Assembly: GCA_037131775.1 (NCBI GenBank)
Contig: JBAXQK010000006.1
Span: 1 to 54,785 of the forward strand
Source: Candidatus Uhrbacteria bacterium
GTDB taxonomy: Bacteria > Patescibacteriota > Patescibacteriia > UBA9934 > GWF2-40-263
Direction: 5' to 3'
DNA length: 54,785 bases
The position numbers and the translations under genes were made by a program. Below the pieces are notes generated by a model. That model worked only from the letters and a program-made list of their open reading frames with translations. It ran no database searches and was not told the DNA's origin. This document shows, piece by piece, positions 1-9,188 of this stretch. Position 1 is the stretch's first letter. Every line of letters starts with the position of its first letter.

Positions 1-572
1 CCGCCGAACCTTGCCTTCGCCTCCGAGGCCGTCAGTCCCGCCGTCGCGACCTCGGTGTGGACGAACGCGACGCGGACCAAGGACGGATCAGCGGGCTTGC
101 CCGTGCGTCCCGCCGCCAGCACGACCGCCTCGAGCGCGTGCGTCTCGATCGTGGCGCCGGACCGTACCCTCAGCCCGTATACCGCCCCTGTGGCGTTGAT
201 TGCCTCGAGAATTTCCGCGGACGTCGCGACCTCGATCCCCAGACGGGAAAGCCGAGCGCCCGCGACAGCGGAAATCTCCCGGTCGACGCGCGGCAGTACG
301 TTCGCCTCCCGCTCCACGAGCAGGACGCGCGTCCCGAGCGACGCGAAGAGCGCCGCGATCTCGCATCCCGTCGACCCCGCGCCGATGACCGCCATCGTCT
401 TCGGCAGCCGCTTGAGCGACAGCGCGTCCCTCGCGCGCAACAAGTGAATCGTCTCGATGCCGGGAATGCCCGGCACGATCTCCTCGCGTCCGGCCGCGAC
501 CGCGCGCTCCGCCTTCGCGCGAAGGATTCTCGCGAGCGGCACGTCCAAAAAATCCATGGTGGGTTGCGACAT
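1..572 (-). CDS. Pyridine nucleotide-disulfide oxidoreductase-like protein, reduced (NAD-binding + start of dimerisation domain); runs off window start
   Basis: Not in ORF track (no stop in window). Manual translation from ATG at 572: MSQPTMDF...IPGIETIHLL...LPKTMAVIGAGSTGCEIAALFASLGTRVLLVERE...LPRVDREIS...VVLAAGRTG...VAFVHTEVATAGLTASEAK; GxGxxGxE NAD motif as in lipoamide dehydrogenase/mercuric reductase; start abuts stop of upstream gene (574). Confidence 0.75.
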   Translation of the reverse strand, partial: MSQPTMDFLDVPLARILRAKAERAVAAGREEIVPGIPGIETIHLLRARDALSLKRLPKTMAVIGAGSTGCEIAALFASLGTRVLLVEREANVLPRVDREISAVAGARLSRLGIEVATSAEILEAINATGAVYGLRVRSGATIETHALEAVVLAAGRTGKPADPSLVRVAFVHTEVATAGLTASEAKARFG

Positions 573-573
573 A

Positions 574-1578
574 CTAGCGCGATGAGAATATCCGCCTCGC
601 CTCGTTCCACAGTCCCGGATCCCCGTGCTTCTTCAGCCAGAACCACCACTCCGCGCCCCAGAGGTTCGTCTCGGAAATGCCCGTGCGCGCGGCGAAGGCG
701 ACGTTCTCGGCGAGGTCGCGCGGGGTAAAGTAGGTCGCCCACTCGGCCGGGGCATTGTTCGCGATCGGCTCGCCGAACCAGGGTTCGGCCTGCAGCTCGG
801 AAATGCCCACCTCTCCCACGAACGGACGGACGGCAAGGGCGCGAACGCGATAGACCCAGGCGGGAATCGGGTAGTGAAAATAGCCGAACGTGGGGCTCCA
901 CGTCGTGCGGTAGAGCGATATCCCGAGATCGTCGACGGGACCCGCGACGGGAAGCCATGCCTCCAGTTCCCCGCTGACCGTCGCAGCGATCGGGTGTTTG
1001 CCATCGGCTTGGCGAACGAGATCAATCTCGCGCCGCCACTCGGTCGCGTCGGGCTTCGGACACACGCCGAAGTCGAACAACGGCTCGTTCTCCACCTGCC
1101 AGCGAGAGAGCGCGGGACTGTTCTGATAGCGTGCGACGACGCCCCCAAGAAATGTCTCCAACGCCTCGTACCGCTTCGGGGCGTCTCCAGCCTCAGCCCA
1201 GTCCGGAACGAAGCACTCCGGCCACCGCGGGACCTTCATCCCAATCGCCAATGTCACCGAAGCTCCGCGTTTCTCCGCCTCGCCCATCATCCAGTCCACG
1301 TCGTCCCAATGAAACTCGCCTTGGCGGGGCTCCACGTCCGACCAGTACACCGGAATCCGAAACCGTCGCACGCCGACGTCGTCCAGCAGCGCCATAAACG
1401 TCTCCCGCGGATCCAGCCCAAGCTCCCGCGCGTGAATCGTAGAAAACGTCACGCCCAACTTCTGTCGCGCCGGCACCTCCGCCCAAACCGCCAACCCAAA
1501 CGCCACCGCGACGATCAGTAAGGCGACGACGATGCGTTTCTTTTCGTATTTCGTGACTTTCGTAATATTTTTCGTCAC
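574..1578 (-). CDS. Membrane-anchored clan GH-A glycoside hydrolase (GH5/GH42-like)
   Basis: N-terminal TM; RIPVYWSDVEP..G.F.W, QVENEP (acid/base) and ISELQAEPW (nucleophile) motifs; GTG start. Confidence 0.75.
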   Translation of the reverse strand: MTKNITKVTKYEKKRIVVALLIVAVAFGLAVWAEVPARQKLGVTFSTIHARELGLDPRETFMALLDDVGVRRFRIPVYWSDVEPRQGEFHWDDVDWMMGEAEKRGASVTLAIGMKVPRWPECFVPDWAEAGDAPKRYEALETFLGGVVARYQNSPALSRWQVENEPLFDFGVCPKPDATEWRREIDLVRQADGKHPIAATVSGELEAWLPVAGPVDDLGISLYRTTWSPTFGYFHYPIPAWVYRVRALAVRPFVGEVGISELQAEPWFGEPIANNAPAEWATYFTPRDLAENVAFAARTGISETNLWGAEWWFWLKKHGDPGLWNEARRIFSSR

Positions 1579-1585
1579 TTCGTAA
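1543..1585. repeat. Degenerate tandem ACGAA-core repeat at the gene junction (encodes MTKNITKVTKYEK)
   Basis: Minus strand TTACGAAG-TGACGAAAAATA-TTACGAAAG-TCACGAAA-TACGAAAAG; AT-rich relative to surroundings. Confidence 0.5.
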
Positions 1586-1593
1586 CCACATGG

Positions 1594-3171
1594 CTAAATT
1601 TCCTCCTTCTTTTCCCGCAGAAACGCCAGCCACCCCTCCACCATGCTGATCGCCGCCTTGAACGGCGCCTCCACGATGAAGTCGAAGAAGAAGATGAACA
1701 CGTTCACCCGCGGGGCCCGGAGAGCAACCCAGCGGCCGGCGCGGATCATCGGGAGGAACAGAATGTCCGCGATCGTTCCGACGATGCCGACGCGCGTCTC
1801 CACCACCATCAGCTCGCGGCGCGTGTTGCGGATCTTCAGGCCGAAGAAGGTGACGAGCGAGAGGAAGAAGACGAAGAAGAAGATCGAGAGTCCGTTGAAG
1901 TCGAACGAGTGGAGGATCGTCGCGATCACCGTGATCGTGAACAGGAACATCACGGCGTAAATCGCGTTGAACACGATGCCGAGCGTTCCGCGCGACCAGG
2001 GCCGGCGCATCTTGTACGTGAACCCGACGTTGTCGCCGATTCCGAGGAACGCGTGGGCCTCGTGGATGATCGCCTCCGTGTTCGCCGCCTCCGGGATGCG
2101 CGCGGTCAGTCCGATGATGCCGAGCATCGTCGGGTGGAAGATGATGTTCACGAGCAGCGGCGTAATGTTCGTGGTCTTCAGCACGAGCCGCTCGTATGGA
2201 AACTCGATAATGAGCGCGAGCGCCATCTTGGTAATGAACAGGAACAGCACGGCGCGTACGACCGAGTTGCGCAGGCGCGCCTTGAACTTGTCGTAGCGCT
2301 GCGACGCGAACAGCGAGACCCGGGAATCGATCTCGCCCACGTTGTGCGCCGTCACGTACTCGGCGAATTTCTTCGGATTTTCCTCGGCCGCGTCGCGGAT
2401 CACGTGGAACACGATGGCGTGCCGGCGCACGATCATGTACAGCGCGTCCTGGCCCGGATGCTGGATGGATCGCTCCACCTGGTCGATCATGCGCGTAAGC
2501 TCCTCGGCCGTCACGGCTTTCACGACATGCTCGCCCGACTTGGTCCAGTCGGGGTGGAACAGGGCGAACACGCGGAATCGCAGCGTCGCGAGGTTCGACT
2601 TGAGAACCGCGCGGTGAACGGCAACGTACAGCTGAAGGTCTCGATCCTGCTCGCCGATCACGTCGCTGTTCCACGACAGACGCTGCTTCAGCTCCGCGTA
2701 CGCGAAGCTGGCCACGGCCTCGTCCACGATCGGCGGGGACATCACGTACTCGACCTCGGTGGAGACGACGTCAAGCAGCCAGTCGTGCGAGCGCTGGCCT
2801 TCCTTCGTCGTGTGCGTCGCGGCGGCGAACAGCGGCTGGTACTTGTCGAGGACCGCGGCGAGCGTGCCGACCTTGGACTCGGGGACCGCCTTGTTCGGAA
2901 GGTACCGCGCCCAGATCAGCTCGCGCAGCAGGTCGGCCGCAAGCGCCGCGCTCTCCACCTCCCCGAGCTTGCGCTTCAGGATCCGGCGGATCGCGTTCCG
3001 ACGAAGCAAATGCTCCTCGTCGTATTCCAACGAGTTTCGGATCGTCTCGTATACCGACGCGGCTGCCGAGACCGTCTCGGAAACGGTCAGAAGCTCGCCC
3101 TCGGGCTTCGTCTCGGCGAGCTCGTGAGCCTTTTCGATTGCCCCGAGAAGAAATTCAAGTGGTTTGTCCAT
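1594..3171 (-). CDS. Conserved hypothetical membrane protein (helical N-terminal domain, C-terminal TM bundle)
   Basis: 525 aa ORF with strong GC3 bias, YETIRNSLEYDEEHLLRRNAIRRILKR motif, 4-5 C-terminal hydrophobic segments; operonic spacing. Confidence 0.75.
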   Translation of the reverse strand: MDKPLEFLLGAIEKAHELAETKPEGELLTVSETVSAAASVYETIRNSLEYDEEHLLRRNAIRRILKRKLGEVESAALAADLLRELIWARYLPNKAVPESKVGTLAAVLDKYQPLFAAATHTTKEGQRSHDWLLDVVSTEVEYVMSPPIVDEAVASFAYAELKQRLSWNSDVIGEQDRDLQLYVAVHRAVLKSNLATLRFRVFALFHPDWTKSGEHVVKAVTAEELTRMIDQVERSIQHPGQDALYMIVRRHAIVFHVIRDAAEENPKKFAEYVTAHNVGEIDSRVSLFASQRYDKFKARLRNSVVRAVLFLFITKMALALIIEFPYERLVLKTTNITPLLVNIIFHPTMLGIIGLTARIPEAANTEAIIHEAHAFLGIGDNVGFTYKMRRPWSRGTLGIVFNAIYAVMFLFTITVIATILHSFDFNGLSIFFFVFFLSLVTFFGLKIRNTRRELMVVETRVGIVGTIADILFLPMIRAGRWVALRAPRVNVFIFFFDFIVEAPFKAAISMVEGWLAFLREKKEEI

Positions 3172-3180
3172 AAACGGTGG

Positions 3181-4536
3181 TTACACGATCAGCGGCAACG
3201 GCTGGATCTCGCTGATTCTTCCGAGCACGATGTCCTCGATGCGGTACGTTCCGTGCGTCGGCGCCTCCACGTAGCCGCTCCAGGCCATGCGCGCCATTCC
3301 GCCGGAGCGAACCCAGTCGAACAGCCACTCGCTCGCGTAGCGCGGATCGTTCTGCGACACGCCTCCGCCCATGTACTGCAGCCAGATGCGGTTGAACTCC
3401 TCCTGGCTCCCGATCGGCGGGGCCATGACGACCGCGATGCCAAGGCCGGTATAGAACGACAGCTCGGACGGCTTCGTCCAGAGAATGTCGGTCGTCGCGA
3501 GAATCCGGTTGAACTGCTCGAAGTATTCCTCGCGCGTATCGAACGTCGGAATGTTCAGCCAGGTGCCAAGCTCTTTCTTCAGCCCGAGGCCGATCGCCGC
3601 TTCCGTGTAAAACTTCGCGACGTCCCTGCGAGTTCCCGCGACCAGGTTGAACCGGACCTCGTGCGTCGCGATCTTTCGCTTCAGGCTCTCGAGGACCTGT
3701 ACCCCGAGCTGTCTCTGAGCCCCGGCGCCTCCGACGGAATACGTGACGGTCAGCGGATGTGCCGCCTCGGAAATCTTGCATCGCATCGGCCCGAGCTCCG
3801 CCTTGAGCGTTCGCTGGTACCGCTCGTGAAAGATTCCTTCCGGGTCGAGATTGCACAGGCGCGCCGCGATCAGATCCTTGAGGATTTTCGAATCCGCTCC
3901 GCCGGTCAGTTCCTTGGGCATCGGAAAGCCCGTGAGGAAGATATTCTCGGCCGGAACTCCGTACAGCTTGAGACGTTCGACGACGCGCCCGTTCGACGCG
4001 AAGTATTTGATCCGGCTCTTCTTCGGGTCGAGCGCGCACCAGGCCCGGCTGATATCCGCGTCCGTGGTCACGCAGTAGATCTCACCCGGATAGTCGAACG
4101 CATCCGCGAAGAACGCCGTCGCGAAAAAAGTCGTGACAAGCGGAACGGGATCCTTGGCCAGGGTATCGATCAGGTGCTTTCCCCAACCCTTCGCAATCAG
4201 GCGGTACAGCGACTTAACCTGCATGTTCGGATCGGAAAGGTCGCGCCTGGGATAGAACGACGGGATCTCCTGCCAGCGGTCGAGCGCCTCAAACAGGAAC
4301 GGACCGATGACCGGCACCGGCTTCATGCGCGAGATCGCTTCGTACAGCTTGCGACTTTCCTTCCAAATCTTCTTATCGTGAGCCGGAATGCCCTTGTACT
4401 CGTTCGCCGAGATCACCTCGCCTCCGGCAAGGTCGCGCAGCGCGAAAGCCGCCCGGCTGTGGCCGTATCCCATGTTAACGTCCACCACCCACGCCTTCCG
4501 TCGCGTGTCGCCCTTGCCGTCGTGCGAATGTGTCAT
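3181..4536 (-). CDS. GT-B fold glycosyltransferase-like protein (MGDG synthase/GT28-like)
   Basis: MGYGHSRAA N-terminal motif, TGFP, VGGAG, DILWTKPSEL and PIGSQEEFN C-terminal motifs resemble UDP-sugar-dependent GT28/MGDG synthase family. Confidence 0.6.
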   Translation of the reverse strand: MTHSHDGKGDTRRKAWVVDVNMGYGHSRAAFALRDLAGGEVISANEYKGIPAHDKKIWKESRKLYEAISRMKPVPVIGPFLFEALDRWQEIPSFYPRRDLSDPNMQVKSLYRLIAKGWGKHLIDTLAKDPVPLVTTFFATAFFADAFDYPGEIYCVTTDADISRAWCALDPKKSRIKYFASNGRVVERLKLYGVPAENIFLTGFPMPKELTGGADSKILKDLIAARLCNLDPEGIFHERYQRTLKAELGPMRCKISEAAHPLTVTYSVGGAGAQRQLGVQVLESLKRKIATHEVRFNLVAGTRRDVAKFYTEAAIGLGLKKELGTWLNIPTFDTREEYFEQFNRILATTDILWTKPSELSFYTGLGIAVVMAPPIGSQEEFNRIWLQYMGGGVSQNDPRYASEWLFDWVRSGGMARMAWSGYVEAPTHGTYRIEDIVLGRISEIQPLPLIV

Positions 4537-4537
4537 A

Positions 4538-5278
4538 TCAAAAGAAGGTTCGTTCCGACGACGTCTCGACGATCTTGAACGCGGCCTCCGCGCTGTCGAC
4601 GATCACGTACAGCTTCGTGTCCTCCACGGTCGCCACGTTGAACTTCTTCACGATGATCTCGTCGATGAACTTCATCAGCGGTTCCCAAAATTCCTTCCCG
4701 ACGCACACCATCGGTACGCGCTGGGCCTTCTTCGTCTGAATGAGGACGAGCATCTCGAAGAACTCGTCCATGGTCCCGAATCCGCCCGGAAAAAAGACGT
4801 ACGCCTGGGCCGAGGCGGCCAGCATCACTTTGCGCGAAAAGAAATAGTGGAAACCCTTGCCATGCGTGATGTATGGGTTCGCGCGCTGTTCCATCGGCAG
4901 CTGAATGTTCAGGCCGACGGATACGCCGCCCTCTTCCATCGCGCCGCGATTGGCAGCTTCCATGATCCCCGGACCTCCGCCGGTGACGACCGTGAACCCG
5001 CAGTCCGCGAGCATTTTTCCAAATTTCCGAGCCTCCTTGTACCACATGTCCGTCTCTGGCAGCCGCGCCGATCCGAAGATCGTCACCTCGCGGTGAAACT
5101 CGGACAGAAACTGAAACCCCTCGACGAACTCCGCCATGATACGGAAAATGCGCCAGGTAATCTCATTGAGCGACTCGGCCGGTGACTTCCGGTCCTTTTC
5201 CTCCGAAGGAGTCAGCGGCATGCGACAGGTCCGCGGCGTTGGCGCGACGGGCTTCTTTGATTTCTTGAGGAATGGCAT
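4538..5278 (-). CDS. LOG family / TIGR00730 Rossmann-fold nucleotide-binding protein
   Basis: VTIFGSAR, TGGGPGIMEAANRGA, FPGGFGTMDEFFE motifs; ATG 5278 preceded by -10-like TATACT. Confidence 0.9.
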   Translation of the reverse strand: MPFLKKSKKPVAPTPRTCRMPLTPSEEKDRKSPAESLNEITWRIFRIMAEFVEGFQFLSEFHREVTIFGSARLPETDMWYKEARKFGKMLADCGFTVVTGGGPGIMEAANRGAMEEGGVSVGLNIQLPMEQRANPYITHGKGFHYFFSRKVMLAASAQAYVFFPGGFGTMDEFFEMLVLIQTKKAQRVPMVCVGKEFWEPLMKFIDEIIVKKFNVATVEDTKLYVIVDSAEAAFKIVETSSERTFF

Positions 5279-5293
5279 AGTACGCACAGTATA

Positions 5294-6721
5294 TCACTTT
5301 CCAACGGTCCGTAACCATTTGTCCAGGCACGCCGTCGCCAGCACGTCGTCCTCGTTATAATCGATCACATCCTGCAGGATCCGCCGATCCTTCGTCTCCA
5401 GCCATTCCTCGTACCAGAAGATGCTCTGCGCGCCACCCGCCTTCTTGCTGCGCCATTTAAAGTTCAGGAACTTGGACTTGGCGATGTCCTTGATCGAGTA
5501 GAAATAGAGCGGGAAGATTACGCTTTCGCGGACAATCGCGAGAAGGTCGACGTACTGCGAGGCGAAGTATTCGAACGCGGGCGACGATCCGTGTTCCTTT
5601 GCGAGTCGCAGGGTCTGGGCGCGCTCGTAGTCGGCGTAGTGATAGACCTTGAACGTCCCGGGCTTCAGCGTCGCGGTCCAGTCGACGAACTCACGCCACA
5701 TGCGAGCCTCGTGCTCGGGCTTTTCGGCGAGAAAATACTCGTATCTCGGTTTTCCATCTCCCTCGATCCAGAATCCAAACAGATACTGGACGTCGAGCAA
5801 CGGATCGCCCTCGATGTCGAAGTAGATCCGAATCGGGGCGTCCGGGATCGACGGCTTCTTGAGCCAGTGCAGGTTGTTCGTGGCAAGCGACTGCGCCTGG
5901 AGCTTGATTCGGTCGAGCTCGGCGGGCGAGCAGTGAGGGATCTTCGGCAGACGCGCGACGACCATCTTGGCCGCGTCCGCGACGGTCTCGATCCCGGCCT
6001 TCCGGAGCGCCGGATGCGCGCGGGCATCGAGGTCGTAGATGAGCGCGATGTCGTTCGCCTCCTCCGCGGACCGGATGCATTCCTTGAACCACGGCGAGTG
6101 CTTGCACTTGCTTGCAAGTCGCAGCGGAGGCTTCTTGCCGTTCAGGACTTCGACGATTTCCTTGGTGATTTTCTTCGCCTTGACAAGGTGTTCCGACCCG
6201 GGTGCGAACGCGATTCGCTCATGGTCGACGTTGATGATCGCCGTCTCCCTCGGACGAACTCCCTGGATTTCCTCTAGGATTTTCGCGTAAAAGGTCAGCT
6301 GGAGCTGCTGCTCCTTGTGGATGGAATGCGACGATTTGATATCCACAGGGACGTAGAAGTGCAGGCCAAGTTTGGACTTCCCTTTCCGTTTCTCTAGCAA
6401 ATCCGGCCGTCCGCGCCAAAACACCCCGTCAACCGTCGCCTCGATCGATCCCTGGTAGATCGTGGCGACGCCCTGGCGCATCAACTCGACGGTCTTCGCG
6501 AACGCCTTTGCCTGGTCTTTTGTGGAAACCTCGATGAACCCGTCCCCGATGAGACCCTTCACGTACTCCTCCTCGTGCATCACCCCCTGCTCCAACAACT
6601 TCTCCGCAAGCGCCGCCGGTTTCTCCTTGCGCGACTGGTCGCCAAAATGGTCATACCAGATCCAGTGCGGACAGGTTGCATACTGATAAAACAGCGATGG
6701 AGTGACAATCTGGAGGGACAT
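5294..6721 (-). CDS. TM0106 family RecB-like nuclease (PD-(D/E)XK + RNase H-like domain)
   Basis: GRPDLL...PVDIKSS...QLTFYA nuclease motifs; IYFDIEGDP, VYHYADYE, YSIKDIAK, DYNEDDVLAT RNase_H_2 motifs. Confidence 0.85.
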   Translation of the reverse strand: MSLQIVTPSLFYQYATCPHWIWYDHFGDQSRKEKPAALAEKLLEQGVMHEEEYVKGLIGDGFIEVSTKDQAKAFAKTVELMRQGVATIYQGSIEATVDGVFWRGRPDLLEKRKGKSKLGLHFYVPVDIKSSHSIHKEQQLQLTFYAKILEEIQGVRPRETAIINVDHERIAFAPGSEHLVKAKKITKEIVEVLNGKKPPLRLASKCKHSPWFKECIRSAEEANDIALIYDLDARAHPALRKAGIETVADAAKMVVARLPKIPHCSPAELDRIKLQAQSLATNNLHWLKKPSIPDAPIRIYFDIEGDPLLDVQYLFGFWIEGDGKPRYEYFLAEKPEHEARMWREFVDWTATLKPGTFKVYHYADYERAQTLRLAKEHGSSPAFEYFASQYVDLLAIVRESVIFPLYFYSIKDIAKSKFLNFKWRSKKAGGAQSIFWYEEWLETKDRRILQDVIDYNEDDVLATACLDKWLRTVGK

Positions 6722-6751
6722 GTGCTGGTAGTTTGTAGTTTGGCGAGACGA

Positions 6752-7264
6752 CTAAGGCTGAACCGCCCCCGTCTCGGGCTCCGCGCCAACTCGAGCCGCA
6801 AAGCTCATAAGCGTGACGTTGCCGTCCGCGTCGGCGAGCTCGGCGCCGTCCTTCGACAAAAGAATCGCATAGTAGATCTCCCCGCCACGTAGCGGCGTAC
6901 TCGTCACAACCGTCAGGTGCTCGCCTCCGCCGGCCGAAATCAAGGCCGATCGTCCAATTTCCTTCCCAGGATGTCCTCCTTCGCTGTCGTAGACCGCGAC
7001 GAAGCCCGCATCCTTCATGACGGCGAACCCAATCGCGACTTCGGACGATCCGTCGGCCTGATCCTCGACGTAGACCGCGCTCGTTCCCGCCGCAAGCATT
7101 CCTTGGAACGTCTGCTGTCGCGGCGTCGACTGGGCACCGAGAGACTGCGTGAGCGCCTGGTTCGTCCCGTCAACCCACTCATGCCGCGTCGACCACAAGA
7201 TCGTCGCCGCGACCGCGATGGCAGCGACGACGATCAGGCCCGGGATGATCCAGACACGCTTCAT
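6752..7264 (-). CDS. Small membrane-anchored hypothetical protein
   Basis: N-terminal TM, beta-rich extracellular domain (AVYVEDQ...GFVAVYD...G..IG.S); coupled to upstream ORF. Confidence 0.7.
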   Translation of the reverse strand: MKRVWIIPGLIVVAAIAVAATILWSTRHEWVDGTNQALTQSLGAQSTPRQQTFQGMLAAGTSAVYVEDQADGSSEVAIGFAVMKDAGFVAVYDSEGGHPGKEIGRSALISAGGGEHLTVVTSTPLRGGEIYYAILLSKDGAELADADGNVTLMSFAARVGAEPETGAVQP

Positions 7265-7270
7265 AGGCGA

Positions 7271-7651
7271 TTATTCGTCCTTCTTCGCGCCGCCGTCGTC
7301 CTTCTTGAACGCGACCTTGATCAGCGGGAGGTAGGTGTTCTCGTACTTGTCCTTCAGCTCGACGGACTTGTTGCTCATGATGAGGCTGAGCGCCATGTCG
7401 CTCATCAGCTCCTCGCTCGCCTTGATTTCCTCGTCGAGGTCGTCGATGCGCTGCGCGTCCTTCGGCGCGGCCTCCCTCACATTGCCCTCGATCTGCGACT
7501 TCTCGGTCTTCAGGACCAGAATCTCCTCGATGAGCTCCGCATGCCTGGGCTGATGCGTCAGTTCGTCCTTGAGCACCTGCTTGAGCTTTTTGCGCTCTTC
7601 CTTCATTTCGCGGAGTTCGTTGTGGAGTTCCTGAAGACGGGCCAAGGACAT
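7271..7651 (-). CDS. Hypothetical coiled-coil protein
   Basis: 126 aa charged helical ORF; upstream TGGTAAAAT -10-like element on minus strand near 7681-7690. Confidence 0.7.
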   Translation of the reverse strand: MSLARLQELHNELREMKEERKKLKQVLKDELTHQPRHAELIEEILVLKTEKSQIEGNVREAAPKDAQRIDDLDEEIKASEELMSDMALSLIMSNKSVELKDKYENTYLPLIKVAFKKDDGGAKKDE

Positions 7652-7702
7652 AGTGGAAATAGATCAAAAGTAACTCCGAGATTTTACCATTTTCCACACC
7701 CC

Positions 7703-7731
7703 TTGCCAACGATCCGCTACCTGTGTATAAT
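7703..7731 (+). promoter_or_regulatory. Sigma70-type promoter of rpmB
   Basis: TTGCCA (7703-7708), 17-nt spacer, TATAAT (7726-7731). Confidence 0.7.
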
Positions 7732-7749
7732 CCTCCCGAACTCAAAAAT

Positions 7750-7980
7750 ATGGCTCAAACTTGCATTGTAACCGGAAAAAAGACGACCACGGGCAACAAC
7801 GTGTCTCACTCCAATGTGAAGACGAAGCGCCGCCTGTATCCGAACCTGTCGAAGCGCCGCATTCTCAACCCGGCAACGGGAACGATGATGACGGTGTCCA
7901 TCACGGCGCGCGGCATGCGCACCCTGAAGAAGTGGCAGAGCGAGGGGAAGATGTACGATCTCACCAAGCTGAACGCCTAA
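7750..7980 (+). CDS. rpmB: 50S ribosomal protein bL28
   Basis: MAQTCIVTGKKTTTGNNVSHSNVKTKRRLYPNL signature; single Cys (non-zinc-ribbon form). Confidence 0.95.
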   Translation: MAQTCIVTGKKTTTGNNVSHSNVKTKRRLYPNLSKRRILNPATGTMMTVSITARGMRTLKKWQSEGKMYDLTKLNA

Positions 7981-7982
7981 GC

Positions 7983-8006
7983 AAAAACGCCCTTCGGGGC
8001 GTTTTT
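7983..8006. terminator. Bidirectional intrinsic terminator between convergent rpmB and hflX
   Basis: AAAAACGCCC-TTCG-GGGCGTTTTT. Confidence 0.8.
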
Positions 8007-8023
8007 TCGTATCGTCGAGACGA

Positions 8024-9112
8024 TTAGGGGAACAGGGCCTTCTCGACGCGGGCGGTCAGATCATCGATCCCCGCCCCGGTGGCGGCTGAGACGGACAGTT
8101 TCGTCGCGGCCAAACGACGCTTCAGGCGGTCGGCCTTGTTCCAGACGACGATCCGCGGGATCTTGTCCGCCCCAATCTTGCCCAGGACATCCTCGACGAC
8201 GGACATGTGCTTCACCGCGTTCTTGTCGGACGCGTCGACCACGTGAAGCAGCAAATCCGCATGGACGGCCTCGGAGAGCGTCGACGCGAACGCCTGGATG
8301 AGCTCGGGCGGAAGGTCGCGGATGAACCCGATGGTGTCCGAGATCAGCACGGTTTTCATGAGTCCCGGAAGGTACAGCGACCCGACGCGCGTGTCGAGCG
8401 TGGCGAACAGCTCGTTGGCCGCGTACTCTTTTCGACCGGTAAGCGCGTTTAAAAGGGTCGTCTTCCCCGCGTTCGTGTATCCGACGATCGCGACGGTCTT
8501 CAGCCCCTTGCGCGACCGGTTCGCGCGCTGCAGGTCGCGACTCGTCTGGTATGTCTTCAGCTTGTCCTTCACCGTCCGCTCGCGTTCCTTCAAGTGGCGC
8601 TTCATGATCTCTGTGTTCGTCTCGCCCTGTCCGAGAGTCCCGATACCGCCGCCCTGGCGAGACAACTCCATGCCCATCCCGTAGATACGCGGACCCATGT
8701 GGCTGATCGACGCAAGCTCGATCTCAAGCTTCGCCTCGGCATTGTTCGCGTGCTTGCCGAAGATCTTCAGGATCAGGTCCATCCGGTCCCACACGTGCAT
8801 CCCGGCTTTCCCAATACGCTCGGAAAGCTCGTACATCTGTCGCGGTTTCAGCCGGTCGTTGATAATCAAAAGCTTGGCCCCTACCGCCGGACCCTCGACC
8901 GCCAGCTCCTCGACCTTCCCCGGCCCGATGTACATCTTCGGGTGCGGGTGCAGGCGACGCTGGTATTTCTTCACCACGACGATCCCGCCGTATGTATTCG
9001 TCAGCTCCTCCAGCTCCGTAAGCCGCTCCAAGCTCTGCTTGGGCGTCATCCTCTGCGGGATCACGTCGATGAGGATCGTCTTTGTTTTCTGATGGTCGGG
9101 TTGGGTGGACAT
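8024..9112 (-). CDS. hflX: GTPase HflX
   Basis: DRMDLILKIFGKHA, RQGGGIGTLGQGE, VGYTNAGKTTL (G1), LFATLD (G2), DTIGF (G3), NKAD (G4); ATG 9112. Confidence 0.95.
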   Translation of the reverse strand: MSTQPDHQKTKTILIDVIPQRMTPKQSLERLTELEELTNTYGGIVVVKKYQRRLHPHPKMYIGPGKVEELAVEGPAVGAKLLIINDRLKPRQMYELSERIGKAGMHVWDRMDLILKIFGKHANNAEAKLEIELASISHMGPRIYGMGMELSRQGGGIGTLGQGETNTEIMKRHLKERERTVKDKLKTYQTSRDLQRANRSRKGLKTVAIVGYTNAGKTTLLNALTGRKEYAANELFATLDTRVGSLYLPGLMKTVLISDTIGFIRDLPPELIQAFASTLSEAVHADLLLHVVDASDKNAVKHMSVVEDVLGKIGADKIPRIVVWNKADRLKRRLAATKLSVSAATGAGIDDLTARVEKALFP

Positions 9113-9146
9113 AGTGTTCGCAGTATATCCGAACGCCAGCCAAAAC

Positions 9147-9174
9147 AAAACCGGTCCGACAAACGTCGGACCGG
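9147..9174 (-). terminator. Intrinsic terminator after HU gene
   Basis: CCGGTCCGAC-4nt-GTCGGACCGG followed on minus strand by TTTTGTTTT. Confidence 0.7.
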
Positions 9175-9188
9175 CTTGCAATCTCTCT

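Noticed and set aside
1909-4578. 889-aa plus-strand ORF and similar long overlapping ORFs (e.g. 15065-16804, 22574-24190, 49869-51521, 51561-53480)
   Set aside because: All are opposite-strand or alternate-frame shadows of well-supported genes.
5294-6721. Cas4-like or defence nuclease system
   Set aside because: Architecture matches stand-alone TM0106 family; no neighbouring defence or cas genes.
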